A DNA stretch of 64,000 nt from Sminthopsis crassicaudata (Eukaryota). The stretch covers positions 112,583,148 to 112,647,147 of the forward strand of contig NC_133621.1 of assembly GCF_048593235.1 (NCBI RefSeq), written 5' to 3'. The notes beneath the pieces were generated by a model. That model was given only the letters and a program-made list of their open reading frames with translations. It was not told the origin of the DNA and did no database searches. A program made the translations under genes and the position numbers. Shown here piece by piece: positions 1 to 13,100 of this stretch. Positions within the stretch are counted from its first letter, which is position 1, and every line of letters begins with the position of its first letter.

Positions 1-1632
1 CAAAAGTTATTTTATTGTATAGAAATGTCTAGCATTCACTTAATTACTTTCAGGGGAAAAATATTTTATATTCTTGAAAATCTGTTTTAAAAAATCAGCT
101 TTCCAAAAAATTGGTGGCTGCGACCATATTAGTAGTCTTTTTAGTATTCCCACAATCACTTTATCAAGTATTTATTAAACATTACTCTGTATGAAACTTG
201 ATACTCTGTATGAAACTGTTTGCTGAGGACATAGAAATCAAAACAGTCTCTGGCCTCAATTACCTTTAATGTACTGCTAGTCATATATGATGGATACTCG
301 AATATGTTGTGGTTTGAAATGAATAAAAAGTAATTTATTGTGAAAATATTTTGACTGCATTTATTCTGAGATTTTCTGGTCTTTTCAAAATATTTTTAAA
401 AATACTCAAATTTCTGATAACATTTATCAGCCTTCTTGTAGATTAGGTAATGTATGATGCCTTTCAAAGTTTAATTTTTCAAATACTGGGAAATTTCTAT
501 CTCAGAAAGAGCTATTAGGGGTCTAGAACTTTAGTAAATGTCACTTTCAATCATTATCAAAAGGTGACCATTGTGATGGTTAGACTCACTTGTTATTAAG
601 CCTGAGGTTACCAGTTTAATTTTGTTAGGAGTATTTTTACATCATTCTATCCAGACCAAGCATTGTCATTCTAGTCAGCTATTTCACAAATTTGTGTCAT
701 TGGTTGGAGGAAAGCATAGATACTTACTATCACCAACATTGAAAAAAACAAAAACCCATACTCTATTTGTGGTCAATAATATAATATATAGAAAGCATTT
801 TTAAAAATTTAAATAGAAAGCAAAGTTACTTTAATATGCCTTTTTAAAAATTCACAATTTGTGAATCTCTGCTCATAATGGAGATAGAATTTTGTGTAGA
901 TCGGTTTTGATCAGGTGTTTTCCTTTGCTATCTGTATGCTGCAATGCATATTATACTCACATACATAGAGATAATTAAAATGAGAAACGAGAATCATAAA
1001 GCAAATTTTTTGTTTGCATAGTTCCCGATTTATGGAGAAATGTTTTAAAACACTGTACCAAAATTTGCTTTTCCATATTTTCAAAGATTAGTAAGGAAAT
1101 AAGATTTATTAAATTTTGTCTAAAATTCATAGTCAGTGAAGGCATTCAATAATTATTTGCTAAAAGAGTGAGCAAACTTACAATATTGTAAAGCAATTTA
1201 TTATTACATTTCATTTGATGCCTTTCATCTTAGGCATTCAGGGCATTTTGTTTAACTATTATTATATTAATGAGATGCAATTTGAGGAGTAGTTACAGGA
1301 AGCAAGAATTCTGAAAGGTGAATAATCCTGTATTGTTTTGGGTCAATTAATTGAACACTGAGAATAGTGATAGTTCCTATTAACCCAAAATCTGTTGTGT
1401 TTTTAGTTTTAGTAAATATGTCTATTAAGTAAGATATATATTCTGGAACAGAGGTTCTCTCATTAGTTTTGGGATCTCTTGATCCATTTTCCAAGTTGAA
1501 TTGTCCCCACTATGTCCTCTTCTTTTTGGCTTACAAGGATTCCAAATAAGAAAGGGAATATAATCAGTTGAATGTCCTTCTTCCCCCCTTTGCTAAGATG
1601 CTTTACATTTACATGATTTTATTTTTTAAACT

Positions 1633-1944
1633 CCAGCTTCTTAGACTGAGGGTTATGACTGCATATTCCTGAATGTGGAGGTTACAAAATTATGATTATT
1701 TATTATCAGTATTTATTTTGTTACCTATTTTGTAAATATTTCTCAGGCAGGGGCAACTACATCTAATAGGGTACTGGCCCTGGAATTAAGAGGATCTGAG
1801 TTCAAATCCAGCCTCAAACATGTAACACTTCACATTTGTGTAACCCTGGGCAAGTCACTTAACCCCATTTTGCCTCCAAAAAGAGAGAAAAAAATTTCTC
1901 TGAAAAAAAAGGGGTCCCTAGTAGAAAAAGTTTAAGAAACCCTG
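1633..1944. mobile_element. hAT-type MITE interrupted by a WSINE1-like SINE (about 1750-1888)
   Basis: Imperfect terminal inverted repeats ccagcttcttagact / agtttaagaaaccctg; the internal SINE has gagttcaaatcc (B-box-like) and ctgggcaagtcacttaacccc. Confidence 0.6.
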
Positions 1945-2279
1945 ATCTAAACCTCATTGATCCAGATAAATAAGTTCAAGGCTTTAGAAAAATGAAGAGT
2001 AGATCTTCTGCACAAAAGAGTTGGGATTGCTCTCCTAAAATTGAAGAACATAGTAAACAGTACTAATTCTAATTTTTCAAATAAATGTAGGAAGTTGCTA
2101 TGCTGTTAAATACTCAGAAAAGGAGAAAGTTAACATTTTGGAAATTGGAGTGTAGAGGAAGAATTTACATAAATGTTGGCTTTCCAAAGTTCTGAAAGGC
2201 ATATAAAATATTATAAGCTTCAGGGGAAAATTCCCAATTAATTTAACAGATTTTTAAAATTGACTCTTATTTTGCTTAG

Positions 2280-2351
2280 GGTGAACACTTTGGAACTACT
2301 GAAGCCACCGAAGCCTTCTTTGCAATGACTCGCTTGTTTCAGTCTAATGAT
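2280..2351 (+). CDS. COPG2: COPG2 exon 4 (72 nt) [24 protein letters not shown]
   Basis: tttgcttag|GGT ... GAT|gtaagt. Confidence 0.96.
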
Positions 2352-5300
2352 GTAAGTCTTAACTTTGTAAGCTAAATTAGTTTTTTGTGTTTGCATTGCT
2401 AAGAAATGAGTGAGTGATTTCCACAGATATAATTAGCCTTTGTCCAGGACTTTGGTTGTTTCATGTGAGCTTTAAAATGCTTTTTAAATGACTTAAAGAT
2501 TGAGTTCAACTTGGAAAACATTTCCCATGTAACCATATCATAGCTTTTAATAGTGCATATTATGTGACTGATATTTCAAGAGAAAAATCCACTCTTTGTT
2601 TGACAGCTTTTTTCATGATATAATTGAGCTTAGGAATCATTATAAAACATTTCTTAATTCTGTATTTTGAGAATTATTTAGTCAATTACCCAGAAGTGTT
2701 CACTATAATTAGGGAAAAAAAAAAAAAACAACAACTTTTTAATAGGGTTTACATAGTAATAAAACAATTAAGTGAAATTATTTTGTTCAACATAATTTGC
2801 AACAGAATGTCTCCACTTATATCTCAGTGGATGCTTTTATTTACATTCCAGAGGGCCAGGATTAATTCAAATGTATAAAAATTCTGGTAAGGGAATAGGT
2901 TAGGTTGGGCAATTTTATACTACCTTTTCTTCTACCCTTGCTTCCTCCTCTGACGTTCTCTTACTTAGCCCCTTCTTGCCCATGTTGACTTTGCTTCCCT
3001 CACTGATTACCATCAGCTTTACTTGCCACTCTGACTTGACTACATAATACAGTTAGATAAATTTAGAATTGATAGACTTAAAGAATGGTTGTTAATTATT
3101 CAGTAGCAGGTGGTAAGAATTCTCCAATGGAGTCCCCCAGGAATCTATTCTTGGCATTGTATTCTTGAATGTTTTTAATCAGTTACTTGGATAAAGAGAC
3201 ATGGAGAGCATGCTTATAAAAATTGCAAATAATCCTAAGCCAGTAGGGATATCAACAGAGGTACGATCCAAAAAGTTCTTCAGCTAAATCTAATAAGACG
3301 AAATTCAATGTGGTTGAAAGAAATGCTGGGTTAGGAAATCAGCTTTACAAGTACAGGAGGTGGAGGCATGGTTAGACAGCATTTTGTCTGAAAGATATGT
3401 AGGGAACAGTGTACTACCTGTTCAGTATAAATCATCACTGTGATATGGGTGATCATGTGATCTTGGGCTGCATTAAGAGTTTTTAGGAATAAAGAGGTGA
3501 TTATCCCTATAATTCTGTCCTTTTTAGACTTCATGTGGTATATACTATGCTGTTCTGGGGGCTGCTGTTTAAGAAGGACATTGATAAACTTAGGGAGCCA
3601 GCTGAGTAGTGAAGGGTCCTGCATTCATGTCATCTGAGGTGCAGTTGAAGAAACTTGGTAGGTTGAGTCTGGAGAAGATTCAGGGTGAATCATTCCACTT
3701 GGGCTCAGCTCTAGCTGTTAGGAAGTTATTCTCAACATCAAGCACACATTTGCCTCTTTGCAGCATCTACCACATTGTTCCTAATTCTACCCTCTGAGAC
3801 ATAACAGAATAAATCTCTTTCATGCTATAATCTTTGAACACAGGGTAGATATGGGCTGCATTAGGAGGTGACAAATACCCCCCTCCTTAGTATCAAATCC
3901 TGTCTAGTGACAATGTGAGTGTTAAAACAGGCAAGAACAGTTACACTAGAGCCAAAGAGAGTGAACAGGGTTAGGGCTTGAGATCCAGGTAGTAAAAACT
4001 AAGTACAGTTGACTAAAAAAGCAAAGCCTGCATGGTTCTTCAGAATGGCCAGGCTACAGGAATTTAAGCTTCTGTGTTTTGCCCACAGCAGTAGGCATAA
4101 AGTGAGGAGTCAGAACTAGTTAGGAAAAATTTTCTTGTAGTTTTCTTAATATTTACATTGTAAGGTTAATTTGAATGTGTTAAGAAATTCTGATAAAAAA
4201 AATTTAGGTGTCTAGAAGGAATGCCATTGTTTCAGTGAAATGAAGAGTAGAAGGGGAAAATTGGCTTTTGATTGGTTACTGTGACATCTATGGTATATTG
4301 TTTATATTCTTTTAGTATATATTTGAGTTAAGTCTATATCATCTTAATCCCAAAGGCCTCTGCACTTTAGGTTTCATTTACCTTTTTAATCACTCTGGGC
4401 CTCTATGTATGTATAACAATTATTCTACTTCCTCTCTGTGGAAGGGAACAAACCTTTGTAATTCATTATGCTTCTGAACCCATTGGAATGATTCTAAGTT
4501 GATTTTCTTTAAAGTCAGTCATCTTGATATTTGGAAATATCTAGAAAAATGTTTGAGTTTTCAGCATTCTTACAGATGATAAGGGATAAGCTGGCACAGA
4601 ATTTGCTTTTCAGAGGTGACATCAGATATTTAGGATTGTTCTTATTTAGATGTTTTATTTTCCTTCATACAAGCACCCAGAGGCTTTTGTCATGGAATTC
4701 AGACTAAAAATCACTTAAACAAATCCCCAACAGAATTTTAATTTTCTTATTATATTCTTAGCATAAAGTTTGTACAGCTATATCCTTAGCAATAACATGT
4801 TTCCTTTTACAAATTATTTTTCCTAGCAAACATTGAGAAGAATGTGCTACCTCACTATCAAAGAAATGGCCAACATCTCTGAGGATGTGATTATTGTCAC
4901 AAGCAGGTATGTGAAGGTGAAGAAATGTAGGTGGGAATTGTTGCATATTAATAGAAGTATAATTAGTCTCATATTTTGACTGGTAGAGAAATAATGTCTA
5001 AGGAGAGAAGCTGTTTAAATAAATAGATTTCATCTGGTCATTGAGAAAAAACAAATAAGTAGAGCTATCTAAAATGAAATGTGCTGCTGCCTCAAGAGAT
5101 TAATAGTGGGGTTTCCCATGATTGAAAGTTTTCCAGCAAAAGCTGGGTGACAACTTTAGAGAATCATGGACTAAGAGTTTGAAATGGATCTTAGAAGGGA
5201 TTTTTATTCAGGTATGGGTTGGTTTAAGTAGCCTCTGAAATCCCTTACAATTCTAGCTCCTTCTTTTACTGTTGGTAGCCTTTGCAGCTTATGCTTTTTT

Positions 5301-6558
5301 CTGGCCTTCTATAAATGAATTTGGTCTTTGTAGATAAAGTGGCTTCAAGGTGAAGAGATAAGGAAAGGCAAGGACAATTCAGTTCCCCAAAGCCAAAACT
5401 GATTGGGTGGGACTTATTGAGGGTAATGGAGAAGAACTGCTTTTCCAGGGATGGGGCATTCAATTTTGTGCCAAAGGAATGGTTCCTGCTTTGTCCTGAA
5501 CAGTGACCTGGGACAGATAGATGGAGCCAAGATTATCCTGTAAGTCTACTCTTATCTAGGAAGGATCAGGAGAGTGTTTATGGGGGCAGTTGGCATCAAG
5601 GGGAAGAAAAATTGATGGGGCAGCAGGATGCCAAGGTTTCTTTAAATACCTAATTTTTAGCCAAGGGAATCCAGGTAGTGGGACTTATATAGTTCTTTGG
5701 CAGGAGATAGCTTGAGAATTTTGGGAATCCTGTTTCTTAGGTAATGAGGGTACTTTTTATAGGGAATTGGCTGGCAGTATATATAGTTCCCAAAGATTAA
5801 GACAGAGGGAGAAGTGGAGCAAGCAATAGCTAGTTCCTATTCTAATATTACTCTTTTTTTTAATTCTGAATTTAAATACCCAAAAAAAAAAAAAAAAAAA
5901 AAAAGCATTTCCATATATATAGGGCCCCAAAAGAGCATTCTTTATGAAAACATGAATCTGCATTTCATACCACTAACTTTAAAAATATATATGCTACATT
6001 TTCAAAATTGTCCTGCTTACCTTCTTTCTATGCTTTCTTCTGAATATCTTCTCTTGGGTCCATTTTTAAAAAACGTTTAGATGGCTCGCTCTTTTGCATC
6101 ACTGTTGCTTATTCTCCTTTCCCCTTCCTACTGTCAACAAAGAGTAAGAAAGAAAGAGGAAAAAAATATGTGTAATAAATAAGCAAGGTCACACAAAACA
6201 AATCCCCACAGTGGCTATGTTCAAAAATGTCTGTCTCTAGACCCTGTGTCCATCACTATTTTGTCAAATCAAGATCATGCTTCATCATGGGCCTTTTTTG
6301 GCATGTTTCGTCATTGCATTGATCAGAGTTCTTAAGTCTTTCAAAATTGTTTTTATTTACAATATTGTGCTTTTACAAAGTGTTCTCTTGGTTTTGCTTC
6401 TATTTTTCTGCATCACCTTATACTGTTAAGGATTATCTTTAATCTTTTCCTGGAGAACAATATTCCATTATATTCATATGCCAAAATTTGTTCAGCTATT
6501 TCTCAATATATCAGAAACATTTACAATACTTCCCCTTTTTCCTTTCTCCTTTGGGACC

Positions 6559-6593
<35 letters not shown>

Positions 6594-7165
6594 TATGCCT
6601 AGTTTCTCCCTAGTATTATATTATCCTCACCTTATCTATCCCCTTCCATCTCTTTTGCTGAGTCTGATGGAATTATACGCAAAACACTATGCTTTCTTTC
6701 TTTCTTTTTTTAAGTGGAATGTATGTGTCATAAACTAAAACAAATTTTGAAGAAGTGAGAGAGAATTATGATTTTGGACATGGAACACAGAAGGAAAGGA
6801 ATGCTTGAATAGATAATTATCATTGGGAGATAAGATAGGTCAACAAGGAATATAGAAAAATGAACATTGGCAGATAGAACAGGGGGCAGAAAAAGAAAGT
6901 GAGAAGAAGGCACTCACATACTTTACCTTCTTGAAATTTTGCTTAAGGTTGATCATGTCCCCTCCCTTTCAAAAATTCTTTTGTCTTAAGAAAGCTTTCC
7001 AGAATTATACCAGGGCCATAAGCTTCCCTCTAAAAAATGGTTCCTGAATATGTGTTTAATATGATTGTATATGTATAATCTGTATCAGATTGCTTGCCAT
7101 CTTGAGGAAAGGAGGGAAGAGAGAAAATAAAAAGGAAATCATTAAAAAACCAAAAATACCTCCCA

Positions 7166-7196
<31 letters not shown>

Positions 7197-10100
7197 GAAC
7201 CTGAAAGGAAGGGAAGCTCTTTGGTCCTACCCCTGCTCTCATATTCTTGTTTGAACCATCACAGTAACAAAGGAGAGATGTAGAGTACTTTAGCTTCCGT
7301 ACTCTTGAGATCTGAATTTGCTGGAGTTAGGAAAATAATAAAAGTTAGTGAGAAAAAATTCCTTTTCTCCATCTTCATGGTTTCTACCTTGAAGCTTCTC
7401 TTCTTTTTTTCCTTCTTCCCCATTCTTCACTACTGTGCTACAGTAAATTGGCTCCATGGTGAAGGTAGGTAGTTATATACAACAAGTAATAGGTGTGCTT
7501 GAAAATATTTTAGTTGAAACAGCACACTACTTAAAAGAGAACCTTCTTTACAAACAGGTTAGAAAATAAACTTGTGCCAACAGGAGTGTTGAGCATCCTA
7601 CATTCCTTTGTATTTGTGCCACTTCTTTCTGTGTCATTGAGACATGGGATCTAGTATTGGGAATATAGCTGGTTCTTTATATTTTTTGACTGATTGCTAG
7701 TAGATATGATAATTAACATTTGCTGTGTAGAAGATACTTTTCTGGTGCCTAGGCCCTGAGGATGAAACATGAAAGAAATTATAAGAGTCCCTACCCTTAA
7801 ATAAGAGTTTACAGCCTAATGAAAGGATGTAGCATGTAGAGGGCAGCTAGATAACACAGTGAATAAGAGCACCAGCCCTGAAGTCAGGAGGACTTGAGTT
7901 CAAATTTGGCTTCAGACACTTAATATTACTAGCTGTGTGATCCTGGACAGATCACCCAATTGTCTCACCCCCCCCCAAAAAAAAGAGGATAAATATGATG
8001 TACTCTTGAATGTAGTAGAGGCAAAGGAGAGATTCAGGCAGAGTTACCAAAAAATGGAACTGGTAGAAAGATGATTAGGAAAGGTTTCACTGAGAGGAAG
8101 TAGTACCTAAGCTATATATAGAGATAGTGTATAAAAAAAGGTTAATCATTTTATAGTTGGCTAAACCACATTAATGTGAAATCAGGTTGTAAGATAGATT
8201 AGTAGTTCTGAGAAGAGATTATTGAAGTCTTTTAAAAGACAAGCTAAAAAAAGTAAATTTGATGCTAAATGCAATAGGTAGTCATTGAAGGTTTTTGATC
8301 AGAAGTCTGACATGATCAGACTTGTGCTTTAAGAAGATTTTTTTTAGCAGTTGGATAAAGGATAAATAGGAAGGACAGGAAGCAAAGAAGATAGAAAGAT
8401 GCTGTAAAAGTCCAGATTAGGTATGATGAGGATCTGAACTAAAGTGGTTGTAGCAAGAATATAGAGGAGGGAGCAGAAGAGAGAGATAGATCATGGAGGT
8501 AAAATTGCCAGGTCTCAGTAACTAATAGACAAAAGTAGGATAGATCATGGAGGTAAAATTGCCAGGTCTCAGTAACTAATAGACAAAAGTAGAATAGGGA
8601 AGATTCACGGTTAACACTAAATCTTTGGCCTTGGATGACTGAGAAGGAGAGGCAGGAAGGAAGATGATGACTCAATTTTGGACATACTTCATTTGAGGAT
8701 GTCTAGAAGATAATATCCAGCAGGTTGTTAAAAACTTAGGAGTAGTGTACAGGGGGAGATTAGGGCTGAATATCTATAGAGCTAGCTATTAGAGGCAATA
8801 ATTGAAGTCATGGGATTGAATAGAATAGAAATGAGAGAAGTGGGCCAATGATAAAGGCTTAGAGCATTAACCATACCTGGAGAGCTGCAGAAGGAGAGGG
8901 AGGATGCCTCAGCAAAGAGAATCAGGAGAGAGCAGTAGCACAGAAATCCAGGAAGAAGAAATCCATAACAGTATCTTGCTACAGAAAGCTCTAGAAGGGT
9001 AAGGATTGAGAAAAGACACTGTCGTTTGATCAGAGTAGTGGATAGAAGCCCCAGATTACAGGATAGGATGCTAGAAAGACTGGAAGTTTTGCAATAGAAA
9101 CTGTGGATGTCATCTTAAGGGAAATAGCAGAGTTGACAGAAGATTGTTATTAGCTTGGGAACCCTAAAGAAATGTTAGTTTATTGTCCTCACCTTTTATT
9201 AGAAATCTTGCTTACCATAGCCTAATTTTTTAATGTTCTAATTTCTTTTTAATATTAGACTGAAAATGGCGGGGAGGTGGGGGGTGGGCGGGGTGTTACT
9301 GCAAGCTAGCCAAGCAAGAGTCTGGAGAAATGCATATTAACATGATTAATGGCTTATTACTCATTTCAATTTCTCTAGTCTGACCAAAGACATGACTGGG
9401 AAGGAGGATGTGTACCGAGGCCCAGCTATCAGGGCCCTCTGCAGAATCACTGATGTAAGTTTTGTTTGTGTGCTATCATAGGAAATGCTATGTCTCTTAA
9501 TGTTTCCTTGAGAATAACAAATTTAGTTTTTACATATCTCTACTGTGATGAGATATGTTTCCTTAAAGAAGAAATAGATTTGATTTTAATGGTTGACAGG
9601 ATATACTTATAGATTTGTAATACATTTTATACATATACACATATTTGTATACATAGCACAAATACTTGTGATGTCATTGTTTGTCTCTTCATCCTCTTTA
9701 TTTACTTTGGCTTTTGTAGTTACAGATAGGTAATACATTGAAAAATAACATTCATCACTAACTGCACTCAATTCATACATATCAAATTTGGTGTGGAGGA
9801 GACTGAGGAGAGCTGGGGTCATCAAATTTGGCTGGTACAGCCTGTACTTGAATCAGTATGGCATTTACTTGTCATCTCAGAGTATTCAAGTTAGAATGAA
9901 ATAACATCACTGAATTGGTCTGAAGTACAATTGGAATAAGAATCAGATAAATATAGATATAGGCAGTGAGGTAGTACAATGGATAGAGTACCTGGTCTGG
10001 AGTGAGGAAAACTCGTCTTCCTGAGTTCAAATCTGGCTTCAGAGACTTATTATCTGTGTGACCTTAGGCAAGCCATTGCCTGAGTTTACTCATCTGTAAA

Positions 10101-13100
10101 ATGAGCCAGAGAAGGAAATGGCAAGTCACTCTAATGTCTCTGCCAAGATCCAAATGGGATCTCAGAGAGTCAGATGTGATTGAAAAGACTAAACAATAAT
10201 AACAACAAAAAAGTTAAGTCCTTTCTCCCCCTCACCCCCCTTCAAATTAAGTCTAGGAAAAATAAACTTAACTTATTTTTATTGCTATTATTAAATAAAA
10301 ATTTAAATATTAGCTTTTCTTTTTATAGAAAGGACAGAACTAGAACTTTCACATTGAATATACTGATTAAAGAATACTTGTCTTTAAGAAGTACTATTAG
10401 CCAGAGCAAACTCCTATTTAGCTTTGGGGCTGTCTCTTTCTCATCTTTTCTAAAGTCCATCCTCCTACCAGGTAGCAAGATTCTCTGACATGGAATACCA
10501 GATAGTTTCTCTTTGATGTGTTTCTCCCTGTACTAAAATATTGTGCAATTTGTATTCAGCATACTTTTGTTCATAATATACTGTCTTGCAGTATATAGAA
10601 AAAATCCAGTCTATAAGTAGGAAATGTAATCCCTTGCAAATCATTGGAGAACTTCATACAAGAATAAGCATTGTATTACAACAAACTCTTAAGAGTCTTA
10701 ATTCTTCTTAAACTTCATTATTAGAAACCACCTTAAGGCTAGAAATTATATTGGAGACATAGGGCTACATGCTCTTTCTGTTGTACTTGTCTTTCATCTT
10801 CCTCACAAAGTATAGAGAGTTGCAATTCTCTATCGCTTTCACTTTTTAAAAATTTAAACATTTTATTATGAACTTAAATCATTAGCATTTAAATATATAA
10901 AGACCAGAAAAAGATTGTATGTGACTCCATGAACTTCTCTTATTGTTTTTAAAAAGAATGCCTTAGATATATATTTTTTAGATTTAGATTTAATACAGCT
11001 ATAACAAAATTGTTCTGTTTCACCTTCTGAGCTTTCTGGTTTTGTTTTTTTCTGTGTAATGTTTTATTTATACCATTTTCTTCTTTTGGATGGGTAGGGG
11101 GATGTCTCTGTCATTGTCTACTAAGCCCATGAAATAGAAGTTGTCCCTTATAAAACAATTCAAAACATTGGCCATGTCTGAAAACAGATGATTAATTCTG
11201 CATCTCTGGTTCATCACCTCTGGGTGAAAGTTTGGGTAGCATACATGACAACTATCTTCTGAGGTCATAGTTCTGAGGTAGTTTTTTCTTTATATTAGTA
11301 TTCTGATGTTTGTTTTGCTCTGTATCAGTTCATGCAAGGCTTCCACTCTCTTCCCTGGCCTCCTGTCACAAAAACCACATATGGCCATGGTCAGAGTAGA
11401 ACTGATTCCTTTTCAACCTTAGAAGAATAGCCTTTCCCTTACAGTATCCCTGTGCTTTCTTCTTCAGCCACTATTACAATAACACTGAGGAGACTAGAAT
11501 TTTCCTCAGTTCATTCTGTGTCTATGCTAACTTTGACTCAAAGGAACTTTTATTCTAAGAGGATTTTTTGTTGAGGCAACATTATGTTTGGATAATCTAC
11601 GGGTAACTCATTTATCTATTAGTATCAATTGAAAGAATGGGATATTTTATGTAAATTAATTTTCCACATAATTAAAACTTAAGGTATGAAACATTTTTTA
11701 AAAATCATTTTGGATTTAAATCTTTCTAAACTCTTATAAATCCATTGTCTTAAAGAGGATACTGAGCATAATTTAGTCTTTTCAATTTGTGAATTTTGTT
11801 ATAAATACTACTCATTGTAATGTCATAATCTGTAGCTGTACAGAAATTTGCTGTTTTGTTTTTTCTTACTCTTCCCATATGTCAGACTATCAAATATTAT
11901 TTCTCCTGTCTTCATGTCAACTCCTCGAATCCTACTGCCTCATTGTAGAAAGCTGGAAAATACATATCAGAACATAAATAATTATATGTGGTGCTGAGGG
12001 AGAGCCTGAGACATAAAATTAATGACTTGTGAAACACAAGACATTGGAGCTAGCTATTATACTCCTAGGTCCTCTTTTTTCTACTCCTTCACTTTCTATT
12101 TGAGTCTATTTTAGCTCCTCTTTGAAGTAAGTAAAAATTATATAACTAAATTTGAACTTCTAAGAAACCTTTTAGAACTAGATAAAAATAGGAAGTTCTT
12201 CTTAAAGCAGGAGCCTTAGAACCCATCTTCTTATCCAATTCAGGCATCTTTTCTACATAATGTAATTGAACATTTGCAATGACAGCCTACTGCTCTGTGC
12301 TAACTCATTCCATTTTAGCTTCGATTTTTAGAATTATTCCTTAGATTAAACTGAAGCATGACAGCATTATAACTCGGGTGTGTGTGTGTTTGTGTGTATG
12401 TGTAGGTAATTTCGAATAAGAAAGTTTGCTTCCACAGATGAAGTTAAAACTATATGTAGTCACCTGAAAAGGTGCTCCAAATCATTATTGATCAGAGAAA
12501 TGCAAATTAAAACAACCCTGAGGGACTAGTACACACCTGTCAGATTGTCTAAGATGACAGGAAAAGATAATGACCAATGTTGGAGGGGATGGAGAAAACT
12601 GGGACACTGATACATTGTTAGTGGAGTTGTGAATAGATCCAACCATTCTGGAGAGCAATTTGGAACTATGCTCAAGAAGTTACCAAACGTGCATACCCTT
12701 TGACCCAGCAGTGTTTTTACTGGGCTTTTATATACCAAAGAGATGTTATAGAAGGGAAAGGGACCCACATGTGTAGAAATGTTTGTAGCAGCCCCTTTGT
12801 AGTGGTTAGAAACTGGAAACTGAGTGGATGTCCATCAATTGGAGAATGGCTGAATAAATTATGGTATATGAATGTTATGGAATATTATTGTTCTGTAAGA
12901 AATGACCAGCAGAATGAATACAGAAAGGCTTGGAGAGACTTACATGAACTGATGCTAAGTGAAATGAGCAGAACCAGGAGATCATTATACACGACAACAA
13001 CAACATATGATAATCAACTCTGATGGACATGACTCTCTTCAACAATGAATGAGAGGATTCAAACCAGTTCCACTTGTGCAATGATGAAGAGAGCCATCTA

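Noticed and set aside
183-217. Short tandem duplications (16-nt unit here; 11-nt at 45164-45185; 10-nt near 31330) and the 54-bp pair as CRISPR-like arrays
   Set aside because: Only two copies each, no spacers, and the genome is mammalian; ordinary slippage duplications
850-866. 17-nt palindrome attcacaa-t-ttgtgaat
   Set aside because: Short AT-rich inverted repeat expected by chance; no supporting context
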